A stretch of 64,000 bases of DNA from Octopus sinensis (taxonomy: Eukaryota). Positions 22,790 to 36,076 of this stretch are shown one piece after another. Positions within the stretch are counted from its first letter, which is position 1, and each line of letters begins with the position of its first letter. The stretch spans positions 49,972,001-50,036,000 of the forward strand of contig NC_043002.1 of the NCBI RefSeq assembly GCF_006345805.1, read 5' to 3'. Made by a program: the position numbers and the translations under genes. The notes under the pieces were generated by a model that was given only the letters and a program-made list of their open reading frames with translations, was not told the DNA's origin and ran no database searches.

Positions 22790-23226
22790 TCAAATCAAAA
22801 ATAGATGAACATCAATGGAATTTGTATCTTGTGGTACCAGTGCCGGTGGCACACAAGAAAAACCATCCGAACGTGGCCGTAGCCAGTACCGCATCGACTG
22901 GCCTCCGTGCTGTGCGGCACGTAAGAAACACCATCCGATCGTGGCCGTTCGTCAGCCTCGTCTGGCACCTGTGTCGGTGGCACATAAAAACACCATCCGA
23001 GCATGGCCGTTCGCCAGCCTCGTCTGGCACTGTGTCGGTGGCACATAAAATCACCCACTACACTCTCGGAGTGGTTGGCGTTAGGAAGGGCATCCAGCTG
23101 TAGAAACACTGCCAGATCTGACTGGCCTGGTGCAGCCTTTGGGCTCCCCAGACCCCAGTTGAACCGTCCAACCCATGCTAGCATGGAAAGCGGACGTTAA
23201 ATGATGATGATGATGATGATGATGAT
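22790..23226 (+). mobile_element. Long young family C element with internal 61-68 bp tandem repeats
   Basis: Units start at 22847, 22915, 22978 and 23039 (tggcac.taa.aa.caccatccga..gtggccgt); 3' end ggacgttaaatgatgatgat. Confidence 0.85.
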
Positions 23227-23568
23227 GTGTGTGTATGTATGTATGTGTATAGATATATATATATATACCTTGGTGGGTGTATATGTAATGTTGGTTGCTA
23301 TTTGTTTTTCTGACTGTAGTCTGCCAGCAACACTGACAACAATTATAACAGGAAGAATAAATAACACTCTTTAATCTTCCTAATTGTTTGATAGAAAAAT
23401 TCTGAAATATTGGTTGGAACCGAAGATCATATTAGAAATCCGAAATCCAATGATTAATAAATAATCCGATACTTTATTTGTTGCCTGCCACAACATTCAC
23501 CCATTACCAGTGTATAAATATATATGATCACAAATATGTATACAGTTGTTGCTGTATAAACACACACA

Positions 23569-23614
<46 letters not shown>

Positions 23615-23806
23615 CGCTGAGACAGAATGCATGGGTTTTGCTTTTATACATTATAAATTGTTCAGTCTAAGCCTTAGTGATTCTATGAATTGAATTTTTT
23701 TTTTTTTTTTTGTATGTACATGTGTATACACACTCAAAAACATTATCTATCATAGACATTATATGTGTTCAGAAAGAAATAGATCAATGTATGTGGGCTA
23801 AATATT

Positions 23807-23839
<33 letters not shown>

Positions 23840-23899
23840 CATGCAATATTTGTACATGTATGTACTGATATATATACATGTCTGTCTCTACATGAAAAA

Positions 23900-24358
23900 T
23901 GTGTGTGTGTGTGTGTGCATGTGATATATATATATATATATTATATGTTATATTATTTACTATTATATTATATATTATTATATATTTACTATTATATATA
24001 TATAATTATATTATTTACTATTATATATATATATATTATATTATTTACTATTATATATATATATTATATATTTACTATTATATATATATTATATTATTTA
24101 CTATTTATATATATATATATATTATATTATTACTATTTTATATATATAATAGTATATTATTTACTATTATATATATGTATATATATATTTACACCACATA
24201 TATATACATATATATGTATATATATTTATATATATACACATGTGTGTATATATGTGTACATATATATGTATTAACTATATATGATGATGATGATATTATA
24301 TACATACATATCATCATCATCGTTTATGATAAATATCATCATCACATATATCTATACA

Positions 24359-24389
<31 letters not shown>

Positions 24390-24693
24390 GCATATATATG
24401 TGTGTATATATATGTGTATATATTCATATGTATACATATATATATGTATATATACATACATGTATATATACAACATGTATATATATATATATATATATAT
24501 AAATATGTATATATTTATATACATATATATAATATATATATATAAATATGTATATATTTATATCATATCTATATGATATATAAATATTTACAATTGTGTG
24601 GTATATATATCATATATATTATAAATATGTATATATTTATATACATATCTATATGTATATATAAATATGTACAATTGTGTGTGTGTATATATA

Positions 24694-24751
<58 letters not shown>

Positions 24752-24920
24752 CTATATGTATATATAAATATGTACATTTGTGTGTGTGTATATATATATA
24801 TATATATTAATATATATACATATCTATATGTATATATAATATGTACATATATGTGTGTGTGTATATATATATATATATTTATATACATATCTATATACAT
24901 ATCTATATGTATATATAAGT
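23900..24920. repeat. Compound (TA)/(TTA)/(TG) microsatellite tract
   Basis: About 1 kb of AT-rich low complexity; source of the Y/I-rich spurious ORFs. Confidence 0.95.
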
Positions 24921-25456
24921 AGAAGGGGTAGGCAATAGGTTGCTTTGCCGCATACCGAAAGAACTAGAAATAGCAGTCAGAGACTGTTTATTTCTATTTT
25001 CTACAAGTGGGGTCCACATACGACATAACCCTGCAATTCACATATGCAAAATAGGAGGAATAAATAACGAAAACAAGGCCTTACCGTTAATAGCGAACAT
25101 GCTTCTTGATCAGAAATATGTACATATGTATATATATATTTATATACATGTAAATATTTTTATATACATATATATGTAAATATATCTATATACATATATT
25201 TATATATGTGCATGTAAATATGTGTGTGTGCATATATATGCATATATATATTTTTATGCATATATAGTCCAACCCATGACAGAATGGAAAGCGGATGTTA
25301 AATGACGATATGTATATAACTATATACGTGCAGATATATACATATGTATATATATATTTCTATATGCATGCATATATACACACACACATATACTTATATA
25401 CATGCATATATATATGCATGCCTATATATACACATGTATGTATGTGTGTGTGTATA

Positions 25457-25488
<32 letters not shown>

Positions 25489-25654
25489 CATACGCGTTAG
25501 GAAGGGCATCCAGCCGTAGAAACACTGCCAGATTTGACTGGGCCTGATGAAGCCTTCTGGCTTCACAGACCCCAGTAGAACCGTCCAACCCATGCTAGCA
25601 TGGAAAACGGATGCTAAACGATGATGATGATGATGATGATGATGATGATACATA

Positions 25655-26720
25655 CAGGGGTTGGACAAAATAATGGAAACACTTTAAAATTTCAAACAAA
25701 TTTATTTTAACACGGGATAGGACTGCCTTTGGGAGTAATTATTGCCTGAAATCTACGAGGTATGGACTTGTATAAAGTTTGAATTGTTTCCAAAGGAATT
25801 TTTGTCCATTCTTTTGCTAAAACAGTCTTCAGTTCTTGTAGTGATGATGGAAGAAGATATTGTCTCCTTACTTGTTTTTCTAAAATGCACCATAAATGTT
25901 CAATAATAAGATCCGAGGACTGTGGTGGCCAGATAAGATGTTCATCTTTACTAGAATGTTCCTTGTGCCATTCAGTATCATCCTTAACTATGTGAATTGG
26001 TGCATTATCATCCTGAAGGATTGTGCTTCCTTCCAGAAATAGTTCCACAACCATAGGATGAATTTGATGAAATAAAATGATTAAATAGTCTTGACTATTA
26101 ATTCTGCCACGAAGGGAAACCATTGGGCCAGTGGATTTCTAAGACATAGCCCCCTCCCCCCCAGATCATCACAGATCCACCTCCATGTTTAACATTTGGA
26201 AGAAGGCAGTCTGGGTCAAATGCTTCTTTTGGCTGTCTTCACATGTACACTTGGCTGGTGGTTGGAAATAAGGTAAAGGATGACTTGTCTGAGAAAATAA
26301 CATTCTTCCACTACTCTAGAGACCAATTCTGTATGTTTTTACTCCACTGAAAACGCTTGGCAAAGTTTGTTTTTGAAAGTAGGGATTTTCTGATTGCAGC
26401 CCTCCCGTGAAATCCGGCTTTGTGCAGCTCCCGGCAAACAGCTTTTGTGGAAACTGGCTTCTCAAGGTGGTCATTAATTTCTACAGTAATTTTGTGAGCT
26501 GTACTTTTGTGATCTTTTCAAACAATTTGCGTAAGACTCTGATGGTCCCTATCTGAAAGTTTTGGTTTTGTTCCGAAATTTTGTTTTGATAAGGAGGTTT
26601 TGGCTTTGTTCCGAAATTTTGTTTTGTCAAGGTGTGGATGGTCCTCCCGGAAAGTACCGTCCACACCAGACAGTTTGCCCCTTATGTAACCAACTATTGC
26701 TTTTATATTTTCATGATTGT
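25655..26720 (-). mobile_element. Tc1-family DD36E (Incomer-like) transposon, near-complete decayed transposase with one TIR
   Basis: TA + TIR caggggttggacaaaataatggaaacac at 25653-25682. Minus translation KTSLSKQNFGTKPKLSDRD...VSTKAVCRELHKAGFHGRAAIRK...WKNVIFSDKSSF...VKHGGGSVMIW...QDDNAPIH...WPPQSSDL-IIEHLW. D-to-E spacing is 35 as seen, 36 with the N of DLNIIE restored. Confidence 0.9.
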
Positions 26721-26815
26721 TATTGGTTTTTTGCAATGCTGCACTCATCCCATTGAAAGTTGCAGTAGCCATTGAGGTTAGCACTGAAGTTTATTCTGAG
26801 ATCTAGTTTACCAGA

Positions 26816-27387
26816 CCGTCCCAATCAATGACCTACCAAAAACTGAGCTAGTATAAAGATCATGAAACAGAAATTGACAAAATGTGGACACTCAAGACTA
26901 GAACAATACCTGTTGTGTTAGGAACCCTAGGAATGATAGCAAAAGGAGCTGATTGATGCCCACCCCAGATTACTGGAGATCCAAAAATGAAAGAAATTAA
27001 AAAGACTGCTCTCATGGGAACTGCTCGTATCCTACGAAAAATATGTCTATGTAATTCCAACAACAGTTTCATCTGTAAATTTTATCAAAAAGTAAAGTAT
27101 TTTTAAATGTACATAATAGCAAACACCTTTTACTATCATTATAGGATCATACTATCATCTTATCACCTGACTCTTTTTAAAACAAACATTTTATTTTCTT
27201 ATATTTTGGAAGCCATTCTCTACAACAATACTTTGTACAAATCCAAAAGCATGGCAGTTATCAACCACCTTAGTCATTAATACCAACTTGAACTTCTAAC
27301 TTGTTATCTCTTGAGGTCTCTGGGTTAGACTTGAAGTCAACTAGTATCAACATATAACAAAATCCAAATACATAATAATAATAATAA
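26816..27387 (+). mobile_element. R4/Dong-clade LINE 3' end (restriction-like endonuclease C-terminus, 3' UTR, (TAA)n tail)
   Basis: KLS*YKDHETEIDKMWTLKTRTIPVVLGTLGMIAKG...KEIKKTALMGTARILRKI, matching KYxDLxxEIxxMW...PVVxGxLG...QKxxLxGTARILR; tail (TAA)5 at 27373-27387. Confidence 0.85.
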
Positions 27388-28352
27388 AATTTCTTTCTAC
27401 TGTAGGCATCTGGCCTGAAATTTTGGGGGATGGAACTAGTCGATTACTTCGACCCCTGTGCTTAACAGGTACTTATTTCATTGCTCCTCAGAAAGATGTT
27501 AGGCAGTGTTGATCTTGGTGGAATTTGAACTTAGAACGTAAAGCTGGGTGAAAATGCTGCTAAGCATTTTGTCCAATTTACTAATGATTCGGCCAGATCA
27601 CCGCCTTAGTAGTAGTAGTAGTGGTAGTAGTAGTAGTGGTGGTGGTAGTAGTGATAGTAGTAATGGTGATAATAATAATGATAATGTTTATTATTATGAT
27701 AATAATAACAACAATATTCATGATAATAATGATATGAGGTGGGTTTCGGAAGGCTTCCTCTCAGGGCTAATTTGTGTGATTTGGAAAATGTCGAGGACTA
27801 AAATATGTTGAATGTGTTGTGACTTTTAAAAGGTAATGTGCATGTGAGAAGGGTAAGCTTTAATGTGCACTGCACTCATTCCTGGACATAAAACTAATAA
27901 AGCCAGCTAACTAAAAAGCCCTACCCCTACCCCTCGCCCACGGCCACCAGCACCACCTCCACCAGCGCAGTTTACCTTTTCAACATTTCTGCTTACTTCA
28001 AAGATATCCATTAAAGAATCGTCCAATTTCCCATCAACGACTTCGCCACCTACATCCTTACTTTCCCCCTCCACTCTTTGTCTCTTTCCAATACACGCAC
28101 GCATGCAAAACACTTGGTTACACATAGCCACACGCATACACACACACACACGTACTCACACTTATATGTGAACAAGCAAGCATGCAAATATACTCAGACA
28201 GACATACATTGTTCCGTTAATGTCTTTCTATGTAAGGTTTTCAAAACAGGCCATTTAAGAACTTTTCTTCTATCATTAAGTTAAAGTAATGGTAGGTAAT
28301 TATGAACAGAGTTGAGCGAGGATAGAAAGAGATATAGACAAAAAGGTAGGTA

Positions 28353-28390
<38 letters not shown>

Positions 28391-28668
28391 AAAAGAACAC
28401 AGCAAGAGAAAGAGAGAGAGAGAGACGAGAGGAAATGCATATTTATGTAATATGCGTTTAGGTATTTGATTAAAACTTATCGCTGCCCGCTTTGTACAAC
28501 TGATTAATATGTTAAGTGAGTGGCTAATAGAATAAAGTTGATCAATAAGCTAGATTAAGATCAGCATAGAGTAGGCTAACCTGTCAGCTGTATATAAACA
28601 GTGCCTTAACTCTCTCTCTTTGTCTCCAATAACTGCTCATACACACATACATGCGCCTGTGTACGTGT

Positions 28669-28704
<36 letters not shown>

Positions 28705-29730
28705 TTCCCCTTTATCTCCACACTGGGCTGTTCTGTGCTTAGTGAGATTGTGTATGATTGCATGCATTCTTTTGTGTGTGTGTGTGTGTGTTTGCATGCT
28801 GAGGTGTGGAGTGTGTTTGGATTGTTTGAGGCAAAGGTGGGTGGCATTGCTGTTCTCTGAAATTTTGCTCTGGAAGCCATCCATTTGCTCAGCTTCTTTT
28901 TCTCTTGTCATTGTCCTCTCCCCCCTCTTGTTTTCTCTCTCTCTCTCTCTCTCTCTGCCCACCTTCAGACAATGCATTCACATGAATACACATTTACACA
29001 CACACACACACACACACACTCTTACATCCATGATGCCAATTCTTCAAGCAAGTTTGCCGTGAGGGAGGGAGCAAGCATGGGGAAAAGAAGACAAGAGTGT
29101 GAGGGTGTGTCATATACAGGCAAGCAGGTATTAGGTATTTGCAGCGAAGCATGATGACGATGGCGACAACAATGACAATGATGATGGTGGTGGTGGTGGT
29201 GCTGATAGTGATTTAGTTGGCTGTGGTAGTGATGGTGTGTGAAGAAGGGGGGAAGAAATATTGGCTAAGCAAATGGTCAAAGAGCAAGCTTGTAACTAAA
29301 CTGCCTCTTGAAGAAATCATAATGGAAATTATTTGGAGACAATTGGTGGGCAAAGGTGAGAGTAATATACTCTTGGTGATTATTAACATTGCAGTTAGAG
29401 CATTTGTTCACTAATGGTCACTAATGGTTGTACCAAACCTCTAGTGTGTGTGTGTGTGTGGATAGATTGTTGTTGTTTTTGTTATGTGTTTGTTTCGTCT
29501 TTCAGTTTTCTCATTTTTCCTTGCTGTCCAATTTACCAATCCAATCATTAAAGAAAGTGAATATCTGTTCCAAATGAAATATAAAAACCAGGTCTTAATT
29601 AAAATTCAGATTTTGATGTAGCTGGTCTAAATTTTATCATTTTCCTTTCCGTCATCTTCTTCACCATCTTCATTATCAATGTACAGCCATACATACATGT
29701 ACTTACATGTATCCATACACACACACACAA

Positions 29731-29767
<37 letters not shown>

Positions 29768-29863
29768 TACATTTACTCCACACTCACACACAGTATATAT
29801 TATATATTTGGCATCTTATTAGCACAGTAATAATAATAATAATAATAATAATCATGATGATGA

Positions 29864-30067
29864 TTTCAAATTTTGGCTCAAGGCTAGTGATTTTGGGGAG
29901 GAGATAGGTCATTATATCGACCCCAGAGTTCAATTGGTACTTATTTTATTGACCCTGAAAGGATGAAAGGCAAAGTCAGCCTCACCGGAATCTGAACTCA
30001 GAACGTAAAGATAGATGAAATGCTGCTAAGCATTTTACCTGGCATGCTAACGATTCTGCCAGCTTGC
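29864..30067 (-). mobile_element. SINE family E (Meta-domain-like core gactttgcctttcatccttt.ggggtc.ataaa.taagtacca)
   Basis: Minus head gcaagctggcagaatcgttagcatgccagg...gttctgagttcagattcc. Other copies at about 4140-4290, 14870-14975, 27390-27600, 44420-44790, 45280-45480, 45520-45990, 49790-49985, 59050-59220. The domain name is from recall. Confidence 0.75.
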
Positions 30068-30073
30068 TTTCTT

Positions 30074-30537
30074 AAATAATAATAATAGTTGTACATTGCT
30101 TTGTCTTGGTATATAAGATGGGCTACAGCAAATATTCTGCTCAATACCACAGATTTGTTTGTCAGTTGTTTGACCTGACGATATGAGTATCTCTGGTCAT
30201 GAGCATCATAGCCATGTGTTGAAAGGAACTCTTCGGGGTTTGGATTATTCACCTTTGGAAATACGGGTGTTTCATTCAGCATCCTTAAACAATCCTTATT
30301 CAGGGAACTTTTGAGCAGGGTGGGCTACTTGACCTGAAGAAAATTCTAACTGGGCTTCACCTGTAAGGTCATGTGCTGTTTATCTTGATATGAGATCACC
30401 ATGTTGTGCACATATGGTTGTGATGCATGTGCTTAGTGTACTCTTATCAGACAGGTAGTCATGATGGGTATACTGGGCTTCGTATATTTTACCCCAGTGT
30501 CACTTTGATGACATGCACTGCTCCTCACTCAATAATA
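30074..30537 (+). mobile_element. Unclassified ~460-bp interspersed repeat flanked by (TAA)n; second copy at 44793-45274
   Basis: Co-linear homology from aagatgggctacag.aaatattctg to ccccagtgtcactt.gatgacatg..ctgctc...aataata. Confidence 0.75.
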
Positions 30538-31602
30538 GTCCTATCTACATTAAGCACAAAGCCTGAAATTTGGGGTGGGTGGGAGATAGTCACCTGAGCC
30601 TGTTGCTGGAACTTACTGGTTATGCCACATATTTCATGTGGTCACACTGCATACAAGAAAATATAATTTTTTTGCATTTTTATAATATTTCATAATTAAA
30701 CTTTTGATATTTAGCAACCACCATCATCATGTGTCCACTTTTCATGCTGGCATGGGTTAGATGCCTTGACTGAAAATTGGTAAGCTGAGGAGCTATACCA
30801 GGTTCCAGTCTGATTTAGCAAGGTTTCTATGGCTGGACACCCTTCCTAACACCAACCACTTCAAGAGTGTAGTGGGTGCTTTTTATGTGCCACTGGCACA
30901 GGTGCCATTGATTTGACACCAGCATTGGCCATAACTATGATCTCACTTGACTTGACAGATCTACATAAGCACAGTATATCGCCAAAGCTCTTCATCACCT
31001 GTGACTGCCTTCATGGGGCCCAATGCCTGAGTGGTGCTTTTTAAGTGCCACCAGCACAGGTGCTGGTCAGACAGCACTGGCATCAGTCATGATTATGATT
31101 TCACTTGGCTTGTATCATTTAAATATCCTGTGTGTGTATTTGTATTTGTGTCTGTGTTTTCTCTCCTCCGTCACTCGTCAACTGTTGTTGGTGTATTTAC
31201 ATCCCTGTAACTTAGCGGTTTGGCAAAAGACACTGATACAATAAGTACTAAACTTACAAAGAATCAGTTTTTTAAGGTGGTGCTCCAACATGGCCACAGT
31301 CAAATGGCTGAAACAAATATAAGAATAAATGATATACTGGTAGTGATTGCTTTAATTTGGTCTCTCATTTACAAATTTATGGTCTTGCATCAGTGTTGTT
31401 TTCAACATGCACTCTTCTTCCCTGTATCATTTGGCTGGTATTTGTATGAGATCTTTTGCCTATATAGTGGGCCTCTTGTGAGCTTGGTAGGGGCTCCCTT
31501 CTTGTCTCATAGTAGTTTCCTTGTTGGTTCAAAAGAAGTTTCCTTATCATGGTTGGGTAATTAGGGGAATATTCTTTTCTCACTGGATGTTTACAGGTTT
31601 AA

Positions 31603-31822
31603 CCCTTTAGCATTCAGATTCTTCTGTCAAATGTAAAGCTTATATATTCACACCATGTAAAATTAATCTTGCATCATTTCATGGCTTTGAGATTTCAATG
31701 ATGTGATTGTTTATTTTTAAAATGACACAATAAGGTAGCTATGAATGACTATATCTGACTAGTTTGAACATAAAATAGGTAGAATATTTTGGCCGGATAT
31801 GGCTGGTTTAAACACTAACGGG
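31603..31822. mobile_element. piggyBac-type MITE, complete
   Basis: TTAA at 31599-31602 and 31823-31826; termini ccctttagcatt / aacactaacggg. Relatives at about 1-100, 40295-40479 and 46030-46205. Confidence 0.75.
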
Positions 31823-33059
31823 TTAACTGAAACTGCAGAAAATGGAAACAATGCAAAATTTTAAATGCCGCTGTGTTCCAGATTTTATATTAAGTAGTGG
31901 AACAAACAATCCCTTGCAAATTCAGATTGCCTCATGGTCCCAGCAAACAAAATAGGAGAGGTGTTGCTCTGGGGGATGGTGAGGGAGATGCATTAGAACA
32001 GCCACTCTGACTCATGGGGCTTGCACCTGGGGCTCCTATAGATGCAGGCATGGTTATGTGGTAAGAAGTTTTGCTTTCTAGCCACATAACTTCATGTTCA
32101 CTCCCTCTGTGTGACACTATGACCAAGTGTTTTCTGCAACAGCTCACCAAAGCTATGAGAGTGGATTTGGTAGCTGGAAACTGAAAGAAGTCCATTCATA
32201 CATATTTCTATATTGTCATCCTCCTCATCGTCATCATCATTTAACATCAGTTGGATTGGACAAAATATATATGTGTGTATGTGTGTGTTTTTATCTCTCC
32301 TTGTTTTTGTGAAATTGTCACTCATAAATGAGTAATTGAATGTCGTTCATTTCCAGTATTCTGTCAAAATATGTTTTGGGGGAAATGTTACATTGGTTGG
32401 AAACTGGTGAAAGTTGGTAACATGCAGTCATATAAAATCTTCCTCGATATTGATAAACTCCACCTGGCCCATGCAAGCATAAAAAAATGGACATTAAAGT
32501 GATCAGGATGAGGTGTGTTTATGTGAGAGTGCATAGTATATGTATTGTGTGTGTGTGTGTGTGAACTTGTGTACATAGCTAACAGTCATATATTAGTACC
32601 TGAATGACTACTTGTAAATTCAGTTGGCATATGATAAAGATCATATGCATACGCGCACACACAGTGTGTCACTTTCAGGTTTTATCAGCCATATCTACTT
32701 GCAAGGCATTGGGTGGTCTGAGGTTATAAAAGAAGAGACTTGCCTAAGGTTTCAAGCAATGAAACTGAACTTGAAACCCGATGTTTTGGAAGCAAATTTC
32801 TTAACCACACTGTCATTCCTGCACTTATATATATATACACACACACACGTGTGTGCATGTATAAAATATATGTATATGCAATAGAAACAGTTGTCAGCTT
32901 TATAAGGTGAGATCGATAATAAAGATGTAATTTTTTCTATACACACACACATAATATTTGGTCTAAATTTGATGGTTTGCATAAAAGCAAAGAAAAAATA
33001 TTCCATCAGAAAATAAAATCGAAAAATATCAACTAGATCATGGTTGGCAGATAACAAAG

Positions 33060-33720
33060 ATAATAAAGTGGTTTCCTTCAGGTTCCACTTCAGCCTCAGG
33101 AGAGCTCTGGAACCTGATGCATGCATGCCTCATTGTGTCCCTTAGCAGATCTTGAAACGCCTTCTTAGTCTTGACTATTAGCCCAGGTTTGGTGTTGTAG
33201 GCTGTTTATTAGTGTCTTTCTCAACCATGCCTCACAGGTAGTGATCCATGAAATTAACAATTGGAGCAATTAGGAGGCTAAAATTTAGGACTGGAAAAAT
33301 TGTAGAAATTCTCCGACAACCATGTCTGACTTTTTCCAAAGGTATGGGAAAGGAGCTGAATCCAGCTGCTACATATATGTCTTTCCAGCAGCAACCACCT
33401 CCCACCCCAGGAATTGACTACAGTCTCTAGCAGATTCACATTGCCTTCTAAATTGAACCTAAGGCACTGTCCAAAGATGTAGCGATGAATTGCAGCATGC
33501 AGACATAGTCAGGTTTACATCTATGTCCCTTCCTGTTGGTCACTGCTTTGTAGTGTCCATTGCAGCAGTCCATGTCATGTGTTGCAGCCTTTACAGTGTT
33601 CATAGAGCATTGAACAGCAGTCATGATGTCAGCATATTGACACCTGGTACAAATGATCATGATGCAGGTAACTCTTTTCAGATGACTTCTTGTCCTCCAT
33701 GTCAGCTTTAATTTTTTATA
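33060..33720 (-). mobile_element. Tc1/mariner DD37D (maT-type) transposase remnant with large internal deletion
   Basis: N-terminal DIMTAVQCSMNTVKA...CNGHYKAV.NRKGH joined to VAAGKTYM*QLDSAPFHT.GKSQTWLSENFYNFSSPKF*PPN...NFMDHYL*GMVEKDTN...ACIRF...EPEGNHF. 37 residues between D at 33360-33362 and D at 33244-33246 after restoring two frameshifts. Confidence 0.8.
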
Positions 33721-33879
33721 CTCTTGGCTGTTTATCAATACATTAAGCTGTTCTTGAAAAAAAGAGATATAAAACAATCATCAAATTTAGCCCAGTCTAT
33801 ACATAGGTGAAGAATGGACTGGGTCTTACATTTATTTATTTCATGGTGTGGCTGACAAATCAAATATTTAATGCAAGCC

Positions 33880-34820
33880 AACTTGCTGACCATGTAGATT
33901 TGCATGTGAGTTACCCAACTGTTTACAAAACTTTGTTTGAACTTAAGAGAAAAAACCGTACACTCCACATCTTGTACAAGAACTCAATGATGATGATCCT
34001 GATCAGCATCTAGAAGCATGCAAAAGTTTTTCCACGCATGTTTGAAGATGATCCAACGTCTGTTGATTGAATCTTGTGATCTGATGAGGCAGTTTTCAAA
34101 CTCAATGCACAAATTAACAAACATACCTGCATGTACCGGAATTTAAAAAATCTTCACCACACTTTGCAGAAGTCAGTGAATTTTCCTGGTCTCAGCATGT
34201 GGTGTGCCATTTCATCACAGGGAATTATTGGACCATACTTTTTTGATGCTACTGTCTCTGGAGGTTCATACCTTGACATGCTTCAAAACTGGTTATGTCC
34301 CGAGGTGGCAGAGCAAGTTTACTCTGAGCAGGATGGGGCACTGCCACATTATTCTTTGCCAGTGCACCAGTGGTTGGATGACAATTTTCCTGGTGCGTGG
34401 ATTGGACGAAGAGGGCTAGTTGAATGGCCAACCCAGTTGTCCAACCTCACCTCGTGTGACTTTTTTCTTTGGGGAATATTAAAAGATTGGGTATATGGTC
34501 GCAATCTGCGTAACCGTCATTCAACTTCAAGCGGAAATAGAAATTACTGTCCATGAGATCGACACAGAATTGTGCCAAAAGGTGTGCTGACCTGTTCAGT
34601 CCAATATTGATCATTGTCTTAAAAAAGATGGCAAGCATTTTGAGAACTATCTTTGAGCCTACTTTTGAATCCATGTTTCATAAATTTCTTTTTTATGATT
34701 CTTCATTTACTTCTTCACTGATTGTATTCTAATTATATGTGAGTAAAAATCAAAATTCACTGTGTTCAAATATATATATTCCTTAATGCTCTAGTGTGTT
34801 GTGTTACTTTACAAACACCC

Positions 34821-34822
<2 letters not shown>
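33880..34822 (+). mobile_element. Tc1/mariner DD41D (rosa-type) transposon remnant with right TIR
   Basis: KPYTPHLVQELNDDDPD...IL*SDEAVFKLN...LSMWCAISSQGIIGPYFF...EQDGALPHY...FPGAWIGRRG..EWP...SCDFFLWGILKDWVY. Exactly 41 residues between D2 and D3. Right end ttttacaaacaccct(a)TA at about 34822. Confidence 0.9.
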
Positions 34823-34856
<34 letters not shown>

Positions 34857-35243
34857 AACACACATGCATATACATATATATACACACACACACACACACA
34901 TAAAATACACCAATCCGACCGTGGCCGTTGCCAGCCTCGCCTGGCACCTGTACAGGTGGCACGTAAAAAGCACCCACTACACTCAGGGAGTGGTTGGCGT
35001 TAGGAAGGGCATCCAGCTGTAGAAACACTGCCAGATAAGACTGGAGCCTGGTGCAGCCTTCTGGCTTCCCAGATCCCCGGTCGAACCGTCCAACCCATGC
35101 TAGCATGGAGAACGGATGTTAAACGATGATGATGATATACACACATTTATATGCATATATATATATGCACACACATATATGTATATATATATACATACAT
35201 ATATATATACATATATATATACACATATACATACATATATATA

Positions 35244-35276
<33 letters not shown>

Positions 35277-35696
35277 GTACACATGCATATATATAATATT
35301 TTGGGGTGGTCATTTTTTTTTCTTGCCAAATAAACACACACACTATATATTCGTTCTTCACTCATTTATTATTGTTCTTATTTTATTTTATGTCCATTTT
35401 CTGGAAATCTTTCATCACACACCTGTGACCTTTTCGGCGACTCTACCACCCTTTGTGTGTCCTTTGTTCTCAGGAATCTTGCAAAAGAATTTCATAAACA
35501 TGTGTACACATGCACGCACACACACACACACACGTTTTTATCATAGTTACTGTATCTTTTTGCCCATTAAAGACAATATGTGATTTGACAGAGATTTAAC
35601 TATTATTTCTAGCAGGTTGACCAACTGCATAGATGATCCCTCTTTGACTCATTCTTTCAGTTAAACCCTACTTATAACTTCTATCAATGTTGTTAC

Positions 35697-35732
<36 letters not shown>

Positions 35733-35989
35733 TTTATGTACATATATATTGTAATGTTTGGCATCTTCAACACTGGGAACAATTTGGCTGCTTCTTACTC
35801 ATGCCCTTGGTACCATTTATTAGTATGTTTGTTAAAGTTTCCTTATATTTCATCTTACCTCTTTCTCTTTCTTCTTTCTCACCCTCTCTTTGTCTGTCTG
35901 GCGCTCTTCCTCTCTCTCTCTCAACAGTAATTTAGCTTTTTAACTTTTCGATGATTGGTTTCAGGAACAATGGTTACTCTTTGGTTTAT

Positions 35990-36012
35990 TGACTCTACTA
36001 CTACTGCTGCTG

Positions 36013-36062
<50 letters not shown>

Positions 36063-36076
36063 GCTACTACTACTAC
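35990..36076. repeat. (CTA)n/(CTG)n trinucleotide microsatellite
   Basis: Direct reading; explains the poly-L and poly-V ORFs. Confidence 0.95.

Noticed and set aside
22847-23050. Regularly spaced repeats superficially like a CRISPR array
   Set aside because: Whole units are homologous (no unique spacers), eukaryotic context, no cas genes.
31377-31583. Minus ORF containing HYIGK (GIY-YIG-like)
   Set aside because: No upstream GIY/VIY-C..C and no downstream R..EH; likely chance.
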